From the human T2T-CHM13v2.0 reference genome, Homo sapiens, in NCBI RefSeq assembly GCF_009914755.1, contig NC_060932.1: DNA of 64,000 nucleotides; one strand, 5' to 3'. Positions 54,270 to 64,000 of the stretch are shown here, piece after piece. Positions within the stretch are counted from its first letter, which is position 1. Each line of letters begins with the position of its first letter. A model generated the notes under the pieces. That model ran no database searches. It saw only the letters and a program-made list of their open reading frames with translations, and was not told the origin of the DNA. A program made the translations under genes and the position numbers.

Positions 54270-54563
54270 GTTTTGTTTTTGAGATAGCATCTGGCTCTTT
54301 CACTCAGGCTGGAGTACAGTGGTGTGTTTATGGTTCACTGAACCTCTAACTCTTGGCCTCAAGCTATCCTCTCACCTCAGCTTCCTCAGTAGCTGGGACT
54401 ACAGTGGCACACCATCACACCTGGCTAATTTCTTTTTATTTTTTATAGAAATGGGGTCTCACTATGTTGCCCAATCTGGTCTCTAACTTCTGGACTCAAG
54501 CAGTCCTTCTGTCTTGGCCTCTCAAAGTGCTGGGATTATAGGCATGAGCCACTGCACCTGGCC
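54270..54563 (-). mobile_element. AluJ
   Basis: Diverged dimer. Approximate TSD cattag(g/c)at. Confidence 0.92.
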
Positions 54564-54823
54564 CATTAGCATTTTTTATCCAGTATCTGTGTATCTGCTC
54601 TATACCTAAATTTAGACATGTGTGGTAGGTTAACATTTCATTTGGTTGATTTTGGTTAATAGTTCTGGCCCACTGATCCTTCTTTGCATCATGAATCTGT
54701 TACCCTTTATCTATTACCTTTACTATTAATTATTATTTAGCTTTGTGCACAAGAGCATTGTTTTCTAGCATATACTTATTTTAACTATTTTTAGAAGCAT
54801 TTCGCATTTTGAAAAGTGAAAAT

Positions 54824-55382
54824 AACCTAAGTGTTCATCAATGGATGAATGGAAAAAGAAACTGTGGTACGTATATACAATGGAATATTATACGGCTCTA
54901 AAAAAGAATGGGATCCTGCCATCTGTCACAACATGGATGATCCTGGAGGACATTTTGCTAAGTGAAACAAGTCAGACACAGAATAACAAATACTACATGA
55001 TACCGCTTATATGATGAATCTTTAAAAAAGTCAAATATACAGAGACAGAGAATAAAACAATGATTACTGGGGTGATGGTTGGAGAGTAAATGGGGAGGTT
55101 TATGTCAGAGGATACAAAGCAGCAAATGTGCATGATGAACAAGTCTAGAGATCTAATGTACAACATGGGCACTATAGGTAATAAAATTGTACTATATGTG
55201 AGATTCATGCTAAATGAGTAGATTTTAGCTGCTTTTGCCACAAAAACAAAAAATAATGAATAACTGTGTGAGATGATGGATATGTTAATTTGCTTCACTC
55301 TACTAACCTTTTTACTATCTATATGTATCCTGTAACATGTTGCATACCTTAAATAGAAACAATAAAATTTATTAAAAAATAA
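54824..55382 (+). mobile_element. L1MA-type 3' end (5'-truncated)
   Basis: aacctaagtgttcatcaatggatgaatgg...aagtctagagatctaatgtacaacatg...aataaaa. Approximate TSD gaaaagtg(a/g)a(a/g)at. Confidence 0.9.
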
Positions 55383-56282
55383 GAAAAGTGGAGATTGAGA
55401 AGTGACCACTATTTGAGAAGGGGAGGAGGGGCATGTTTTGGAATTTAAAAATATCTAAATGTGAATCTTGTCTTGATCCTATTCTTGTTTTTGCAAAAAG
55501 TAACAGGTTTCTAACATGTAAATCATTTTGTTTGAAAGGTTGCTTTGAAGTTCAGTGAAATAATGTATATAAAGTATTCAGGGAAAACTTTGGCCTGGAG
55601 AAGTGGTATCAAAAGAGAAAGAGCTATTTTGTGGTCAGCGTGGGTTAGGAAAAGGAGGGCTCAACTTATAAAAGGGACAAAGAAAGACAATATATGCTCA
55701 TACATATTACCTTACACATTTTAGGTTTACAGTTCCATTTGAATTACTAAATTACCTTTCAGCATTTTAGTTTCCTTTCTTCTAAAATAAGGGGTCTGAC
55801 TTCTAAATTCTTGTAGCTGTAGAGTCTCTGATCAGATTAAGTAATTCACATGGGCAACACAAAGAATGTTTTGCCTCAGGCCACAGAGAGAGTCCAGTTT
55901 TCTAGTTTTAGTTCATAAAATACTCAGTGATTTTTGCATCTTACATTTCAGCCTCTGCCTGGAAGAATGAGTACAGAGGAAAGAGGAGGCTGGACAAGGG
56001 AAGATAACATTGGAGCCTGGGCCCTTCAAGGGGAAACAAGAGTCGTCCTAGTAGGAGATTGTAATGGAAAGCTTCAGCTTGTCAGAGGTTTCCAGGAATC
56101 TTCTGTGCAAGGAATAGGAGAACCAGTGGATAGTACAGACCCTCAGTGAGTGATGAGAGAAGGTTATGTTTTACTTTGCAATTTTTTCCAGAGCCTTTAC
56201 CTTGAGTAGCTTCCATGTGATTAGCAGTGTAGCAAGTGGTTCAGCATTTGGTGGAGAAGTATTAAAAAAAAATGGAGCCAGG

Positions 56283-56578
56283 GGCTGGGTGTGGTGGCTC
56301 ATGCCTGTAATGCCAGCACTTTGGGAGGCTGAGGCAGGCACATTGCTTGAGCTCAGAAGTTCGAGACCAGCCTGGGCTACATGGTGAGACCCCTCTCTAC
56401 AAAAATACAAAAATTAGCCAGGTGTGGTGGTGCATGCCTGTAGTCCCAGCTACTCGGGTGGATGAGGTGGGAGGATCATTTGAGCCCAGGAGGTTGAGGC
56501 GGCAGTGAGTCGAAATTGTGCCACTGTACTCCAGCCTGCATTGATAAAGTGAGACCCTGTTTCCAAAAAAAAAAAAAA
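56283..56578 (+). mobile_element. AluJ inserted in a MIR
   Basis: Full dimer. TSD aaaaat(g/t)gagc(c/t)ag. MIR core follows at about 56580-56750. Confidence 0.93.
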
Positions 56579-57141
56579 TTGAGCTAGAATATGTGGGTTT
56601 CAGATCTAGCTCTGCCACTTTTTAGCTGTGTGACTTTCACCAAGGTATTAAATGTCTCTGAGTGTCAATTTTCTCATTTGTAATAATTGGGATATCATCT
56701 ATCTCATAACTCCTACTTCAGATGGTTGCTCAGATACATTTCAAATAAAATGAAACAATTAATCATTATTTCCCAATCTTTCCTAATAATAAGAATCGCC
56801 TGAGGTTTCTGTCAAACATGCAGATTATAAAATATTTACCCTGAGAAAGTCTGATTTGGCCAATTCTGTTTGATGAGCAGAATTTATGCTTTTAACAATA
56901 ACCAAGATTTTTTTTCTTCAGGCAAATTTAGAAGACAGTGAAGTGATAGTGCTATGTTATGGTAATGGGAATGGTAATGTTAGTTAATATTGTGAGAACC
57001 AAAGACCTGAGTTAAAAATGAGCCAGCGCAAGATATTTTCTCTCTTCATTTGGTTCTCATTCATGTAAAGGAGATAGTAGTATATTGTTGTCCAAAGATA
57101 TTGCTATTGTGGGGTAGAGATAGAGGTACTTGCTTTGCTTT

Positions 57142-57147
57142 TGTCTG

Positions 57148-57183
<36 letters not shown>

Positions 57184-57300
57184 CTATCTATCTATCTTTA
57201 TCATCTATTTTCATCATGATCATCATCTATAAATTAAGCTAACTACCTAGCCATCATCTATGTATCTATCTACCAACATATCTACCTACCTACCTATCAT
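57142..57300. repeat. (TCTA)n/GATA-type tetranucleotide STR with degenerate extension
   Basis: tctgtctatctatctatct... about 8 perfect units, then degenerate. Confidence 0.95.
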
Positions 57301-57670
57301 ATACAATTTACTTTTACTGTGTGTTAGAAGCCAATGCAAACATGTTACTGTGTCACAAATCTAAGTCTCTGAGTACTGACAGATTTAGGTCTATCTATTA
57401 TAATCATATTTTTATACAATAAACCTCAATGTTGTTGGGAGAGAGACAGAAGAGAAGAGACACACAGTGAACCATATTATGTTTTCTGGTGTTATAATGA
57501 CAACTGTGTCAACATCATAATTGTTTACTTAAATTAAAGGCAATGTTTTCTCATATAACTATGTTTACAAACACAAAACTGCAAGGATACCACTTTAATA
57601 CTGGCATATGGGGCAGGTATTAAACCTTATGGGGTGCTCAATTTATTGCCCTGTGTTTGGTTAAAACTAA

Positions 57671-57966
57671 TTTTTTTTTTTTTTTTGAGATGGAGTCTCG
57701 CTCTGTCGCCCAGGCTGGAGTGCAGTGGTGCAATCTTGGCTCACTGCTAGCTCTACCTCCTGGGTTCACGCCATTCTCCTGCCTCAGCCTCCGGAGTAGC
57801 TGGGACTACAGGTGCCCGCCACCACGCCCGGCTAATTTTTTGTATTTTTAGTGGAGACAGGGTTTCACCTTGTTAGCCAGGATGGTCTCGATCTCCTGAC
57901 CTCGTGATCCGCCCGCCTCGGCCTCCCAAAGTGCTGGGATTACAGGTGTGAGCCACCGCACCTGGC
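57671..57966 (-). mobile_element. AluY
   Basis: Y diagnostics (cacgccattctcc, gttagccaggatggtctcgatctcctgacctcgtgatcc), many CpGs retained. Perfect TSD tggttaaaactaa at 57658-57670 and 57967-57979. Confidence 0.97.
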
Positions 57967-58618
57967 TGGTTAAAACTAAATTGATAAAGAAAAATGAGAT
58001 GCTATTTTTCTTACAAATCAGCAACACATTAGCAAGTGAATTGCTTTTGAATCTCCAAAGTTCCAAGAGCCACGGAGTGTTTTTGCTTATCCATTCTCTA
58101 ATTTCAGTCAACTCCACTTACAAAGTAATACATATGAGATTCATTATCAGCAAGAGACCTGGTGAAATTTAGCAAACTGTTGTGCGGTATTGAGGCTCTT
58201 TTACTATTTCCCTCTTGTCCTGAATCTGCCTTTGAGTAAGTACCTAACAGGGACTATAAGAACTGCTAAGGGAATTTTCCAGTTTTATGGTGCACATATG
58301 GTCCTTGAGCCTATTTCCTTTTAGTTGTGGTTCTGTACTTAGTTTCTTTAAATCTTCTGTATATGAAAGGGTTTAGCTCCTACAGCAGTCATCTACAAAT
58401 GAATCGTTACCATGAAGTATTAATGGTTACTTTCATATATCTGATCTAGCACCTTATACATCTTGCATATAAAAAAAGCCTAAATAAGTGTGTAAGTGAC
58501 TGATGAATTTTTTTCCTTCAATCATAATCTATGAGATACAACTTTTGAACTCTAAAAGTTTAAGATCTACTATGGCTAACAAAACATAGGTATAATATGC
58601 AATAGATATTTGCAAGTA

Positions 58619-58730
58619 AAGTACCCCCCCCATCTTATCAAAAAAGGAACTTGGATTCACCTTCCATGGCTGCAGGTAACCATGGGGGATCTTGGAACAT
58701 ATCCTTCGTGGACAATAGAGGACAACTATC
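58619..58730 (+). mobile_element. Internally deleted MER44-like (Tigger) element
   Basis: agtaccccccccatcttatc start and gggggatcttggaacatatcc..cgtggacaa..gaggacaact end match both MER44 termini. Confidence 0.6.
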
Positions 58731-59799
58731 CTATTTATTGTATAACACGTTCAAATAAAATGATATGATATTCTGAGATTGATGAGATCACTTTTGGATA
58801 ATGTGTCCATATATACCTACATTTTCACCCATATGTAAAATTTAAAATAAATCAAATTGTTATCCAAGTTTCCTGAGTTGTAAGGCATCAGCAGCTTTCA
58901 ATACTCTTTTTTCCTTGTCTTCCTCTCCCTCTCCAAGTACCCAGTTTTCCTAATCTAGTTCCTCTTATGAAGAGTGTTTTGATACATGATAGAAATATTG
59001 TGAAAATAAATGTTTTTGTCCTCTCAGAAGTATTCATGTTTTAAAGAGTGTCACAGTAAGAGGAAACCTTAAGAACTTTCTACAGGTAGAATTTCAGACT
59101 GTATTACAAATGAGAAGTGTGTTTTGAAGTGGGAGGGTGAGCAGCCTTTCAGATTTCTCTTGAAATGTGACAGAGGACACTGCCACTTGTTCTTTAGTGG
59201 CTATAACCAAGATCCTTTGAAACAGACTGAGCAGTACATGAGAGGGTACTGAGGGAGACAGGCGATGTTTACAGAATTATTTGTAGAACCACTCTAGCAT
59301 ACTTCTCTACTCATATTGACTCTGGCCATTCCTTTCCTAACTAACAGTTTATTCTTCTGCTCTCCTAGGTCAATATATGGTTGGACAACTTTATAGGCAC
59401 TAAAATATTTTAATTTTATGTCTTGGAATATTTTCTATACATTTTCTCTACCCAAGGATGACTTGGTAATGATTTCCTTTTGGTTTAACCCCAGGATAAC
59501 TCCAAATTTAGTGCCACCACTGAGATATACAGGACCTGACAAAGCTCAGACTTTGATCCCTATCCCATTCTTCACCTGGTTTCAGAATATGAACTTCTGA
59601 TGCTTTGTGTAAGCCTCAGTTGTTCAGCATTTGGTCTTTAATGCATGCTGAAATCTATCTTTCTTAATAACTGATTTCTGAAAATTATAAAGTTGCACTC
59701 ACCATGGGCTCAACTATAGAACCCTGGCTGAAACTAGCTTCTCTTTGCATAAAGTCCCTGCTGGAGGTACAGCTTCCCTCCATAGTTAAATTAAAAACT

Positions 59800-60830
59800 G
59801 TTCAGGACTTCAAGTCCGGAATGTAAAGAGCTCAGAGCTATCACTACCATTCTCACAACAAAAAAGCCCGGAGTGAAAATAATGACTAACTCCTTTTAGC
59901 ACCATCAAAGAGGTCAGTGGGCAAACTGTTTCTTCCCAAACTATAGAGAAAGAGAGGTGAATACAGAGAATCACAGCTTACTGGGACAGAAGCTTAGGAG
60001 CAGACTGCATCACTTGAGCCAGTACAGAGATAGAAACAATTAACTATAATTGAGGAATAGGCTTGAGGCTTACTGTGGATAAGCTTGAGAGCTACAAAAA
60101 AATCCACAGGAGCCCCGTCTTAGTGAGACCCTCATACTTTTGTGAGTCTTCCCTCCAGGAATCTACCAGGTTTTCACAAAAAAGAACAAAAAAAACCTCC
60201 TGTGTGCTTCTGGCATGAGGAAGGGAAAAGTAGCCATCTGAAATATGCTCAGACATTCTGCTCTTTTTAACATGAACTTCCCTTAAAGGAAAGTATTTTT
60301 CCTGAGTCTAACCCCAAATGGAGTTTACTAGTCTAACCAACCAAAGAGAAAGAAAAACTAAACTGCAGCTCACTCCAGCTTCCATCATAGGGGAAGAGAA
60401 ATACACAAGTCTAACCTATTCTAGCATTACTGCCTCATTTAAGGGGTGGGGAGAGACTGAAGAGTACTTTTGAAGGCCATAGCCCAGAGTTAGAGGCTTA
60501 AAAAAGGAGTAAGACATAGTAACAGGACCTTAGAATGCTTCCTTTCCCCCAAACTTATCACCACATCAATAGGACTCCTGTATAAATAACAGAGGAATGC
60601 ACCTGAATGAACTGCACATCTCAGATCTTATTCAAGGAGAAGTCTTTAGGGAAACCCAAAGACGACAGAGGAAACAAGAAAAAGGATACCAGAAGAAATT
60701 TTAGCTTCTGACCCATACAGCTGTAGCAAACAGTAACACAGCCGAATTCCTAGCCACAAAAATGCAAGACCTCACACTTAAAGGTGTATTTACTTCCATT
60801 TTTTTCCCCCAGTACATCATGTCCAGTTTC
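59800..60830 (+). mobile_element. Old L1M 5' UTR up to the ORF1 start
   Basis: Begins ggacttc...atgtaaagagct and ends at agtacatcatgtccagtttc. Confidence 0.6.
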
Positions 60831-61475
60831 TTCAAGATGACTGACTAGAGGCATCTGGTACTCACCTCCTACTCAGAGAAGAACCCAAATAGCAAGTAAT
60901 CACACTTCACAAATAGATCCTCTAAGAGAGAACACTGAAATTCAACAGAGAAGTGACAAAAAACACCTAAGGGAAGGAAGGAGAGGTGGCATCTTTAGCC
61001 AGGATCAGCTGGCAGCCTGGAGAGGCTCCCATTGCAGGGAAAGAGTAAGTGAGAGATCCCTAGCAGTCCACATTCCCACCATGAATTCCTGCCATTTTAG
61101 CCACAGGAAAGCCCCTTGACCTTCACAGTCCCTGAGACTAACATAGGAAGCTGCCTGGAGACCATATGACAATATTGCTCCAGAAGTGCTTATGATGAGT
61201 CTCATACACCACTGAGTCCTAAGCAGCTACAACAAGATGCCATTTTGAGAGCCCAGCCTCCGAACAGACTGCATCCTGACCTGCAGGGAACACCCCCTGC
61301 TGTTGACATTCCCCACTCACAGCTGCCACTTTTGCTGGCTGCTGCTGCCAGGGCCAAATTGTGAGCCATTGGCAGCAACCCCCTCACACCCAGCAGCAGG
61401 ATGACCAGTGCATGACAAGCACCCTGAAAAGAGGATACCCTGCCCATGGCCACAACTTGGGGCTTAGGTGGATGT
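60831..61475 (+). mobile_element. L1P4 (L1PA15/16-type) 5' UTR fragment
   Basis: ttcaagatgactgactagaggcatctgg...gagagaacactgaaattcaacagagaagtgac matches the recalled L1P4 start. More GC-rich than the flanks. Confidence 0.65.
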
Positions 61476-61479
61476 ATTA

Positions 61480-63260
61480 TCGTCATAAAAAACAAATACG
61501 TTGCAAGAAAGGAAAAGCAGAGACTAATATCTCTCATGAACACAGATGCAAAACCTCAACAAAATATTAGCATATTGAATAAAAAAAAGTATAAAAAGAA
61601 TTATATCCCATGAGCAAGTGATATTTATCCAGGTATGCAAAGCTGATTCAACATTAAAAAAATCACTGTAATTTATTGCATCAACAATCTAAAGAATAAA
61701 AATATGACTACAGCATTAGATGCAGAAAAAGCATTTAACAAAATTCACTATCCATTCATGATCAGTCTCTCATTCCATTCCTAGTTTGCTAGGAATAGAG
61801 GGAAACTTGCTCAAATTAATAAAGAACATGAATGGATGTTCTTTATTAATTTGAGCAAGTTTCCCTCTATTCCTATAATTTAAGAAACTAGGAATAGAGG
61901 GAAATTTGCTCAAATTAATAAAGAACATGTACGAAGCACCTACAGACAACATTATATTTAATAGTGAGAAACTAGATTTTCAATTAAAATGAGGAATAAG
62001 GCAACAATGCCTCAACCCACCATTTCCTTTCAACATCATATTAAATGTCCTATCTAATACATTAAGACAAGAAAAAGAAATAAAAGATATACTCATTGAG
62101 GAGAAAAAATAAAACTTTTTCACAGATGACATAATTGTCTATGTAGAAAATCTGAAAAATAGACAAAATGAACAAACAAAAACGTCCTAGAACTAGTAAG
62201 CAACTATAGTAAGGTTGCAGGATACAAGATTAATATACAATAGTCAATTACTTTCCTATAGATCAGCAACAAACAAGTGGGATTTGAAATTAAAAACACA
62301 ATACCATTACATTAATACCCATAAAAATGAAATACTTTGATATATGTCTAAAGATGTATGAGATCTATAGGAGAAAAGCTACAAAATTCTGATGCAAGAA
62401 AAAAATGCATATAGATGAAGATATTCCTTGAAAATGGTTTTAAAAATCTCAATATTATAAACATATACATTCTTCCAAATTTGATTTCTAGGTTCAATGC
62501 AATTCTAATCAAAATTCCAGCACATTGTTTTGTGTTTTTTTAAATTTGGAAATATTTTAGATTTATTAGATTTCTGATTTTATTACCTCTTATTTTCCAT
62601 ATGGTTTCAATTGTTGTGTGGATTTTAGCAGCCTGATTCTAAAACTTATATGGAAAGGCAAGGGTCCAGAGTAGCCATTACAACATTGTTGTGGAGAAGA
62701 ACAAAGATGAAGGACTGATATGGCCCAATTTCAAGATTTGCTATGAAGCTGCAATAATCAAGGGAGTAAGGTTTTGGTGAAATAATAGCCAAATACATCA
62801 ATGGAACAGAATATAGAACCCAGAAATAGATGCATACACATGTAGTCAACTGGTGTTTGACAAAGGAGCAAAGGTAATTCAATGGGAAAATAGTAATTTT
62901 TTTCAACGAATGCTACTGGAACAACTGGACACCCACATGTAAAAAAAAAATCTAGATACAAATTTTGCACATTTCAAAAATTAACTCAAAATTGATCATA
63001 GACCTAAATGTAAAACACAAAACTATAAACTTTCTAGGGGGAAACATCTCCTTTGTTATCTAGGTGACTTTAGGTTTGGCAATTATGTCTTTTTTGGTAC
63101 AACATCTAAAGCACAATCTATGAAAGAAAAAAATAAGTTAGTCTTCATTAAAATTTTTAAAAGTCACTCTAAGAGAATGAAAAGCAAGCTACGGACTGAA
63201 GGAAAATTGTTGCAAAACATATATCTGATAAATGACTAGTATTCAAAATATACAAATAAC
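61480..63260 (+). mobile_element. Old L1M ORF2 (RT and downstream), decayed
   Basis: ctaatatctctcatgaacacagatgcaaaa (ISLMNTDAK), gatgcagaaaaagcattt (DAEKAF), ttcacagatgacata (FTDDI). Confidence 0.88.
61790..61928. repeat. 40-bp direct-inverted-direct triplication (perfect hairpin)
   Basis: Copies at 61790-61829 (+), 61836-61875 (-) and 61889-61928 (+). Confidence 0.97.
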
Positions 63261-64000
63261 TTTTCATTATTATTATTATACTTTAAGTTCTAGGTTACAC
63301 GTGCACAACGTGCAGGTTTGTTACATAGGTATACATGTGCCAAGTTGGTTTGCTGCACCCATTAACTCATCATTTACATTAGGTATTTCTCCTAATGCTA
63401 TCCGTCCCCCTGCCCCCCACTCCACAACAGGCCCTGAGGTGTGATGTTCCCTGCCCTGTGTCCAAGTGTTCCCATTGTTCAATTCCCACCTATGAGTGAG
63501 AACATGTGGTGTTTGGTTTTCTGTCCTTGTGATAGTTTGCTCAGAATGATGGTTTCCAGCTGCATCCATGTTCCTGCAAATGACATGAACTCGTCCTTTT
63601 TTATGGCTGCATAGTATTCCATGCTGTATATGTGGCACATTTTCTTAATCCAGTCTATCATTGATGGACATTTGGCTCGATTCCAAGTCTTTGCTATTGT
63701 GAATAGTGCTACAATAAACATATGTGTGCATGTGTCTTTATAGTAGCATGATTTATAATCCTGCTACTATAAATCCAATCTATTATAATGGATTTACAAT
63801 CCATTACATCCCAGTAATGGGATGGCTGGGTCAAATGGTATTTCTAGTTCTAGATCCTTGAGGAATCACCACACTGTCTTCCACAATGGTTGAACTAGTT
63901 TACACTCCCACCAACAGTGTAAAAGTGTTCCTATTTCTCCACATCCTCTCCAGCATCTGTTGTTTCCTAACTTTTTAATGATCACCATTCTAATTGGTGC
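63261..64000 (-). mobile_element. L1PA5/6-like 3' end, continuing beyond the window
   Basis: tattatactttaagttctagg...gtgcacaacgtgcagg. ORF 63479-63721 (MFIVALFTIAKTWN..KCPSMIDWIKKM) is the ORF2 C-terminus. Confidence 0.95.

Overview
Primate (most likely human) non-coding genomic DNA, either intergenic or deep intronic, and AT-rich. I find no supportable protein-coding gene, RNA gene or CRISPR array. The longer listed ORFs mostly fall in Alu, L1 or LTR sequence or look like chance frames. Roughly half the window is interspersed repeat: about 13 Alus (J, S, Y), several L1s, a long L2, MaLR/ERV1 LTRs including a two-LTR MLT1 element, MIRs and small DNA transposons. Subfamily names come from recalled consensus sequences, not a database search. 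The structures that repeat annotation does not explain are: (1) a perfect 40-bp hairpin within a direct-inverted-direct triplication in an old L1 (61775-61930), plus several smaller fold-back insertions; (2) two short non-repeat inserts with AATAAA, an A-tail and flanking duplications, resembling orphan retrocopies; (3) a three-monomer Alu chimera inside one TSD pair; (4) a G-free 28-bp palindromic minisatellite; (5) two repeat-poor, motif-dense enhancer candidates (about 11.0-11.5 kb and 45.8-47.3 kb). I cannot support a new gene system here.
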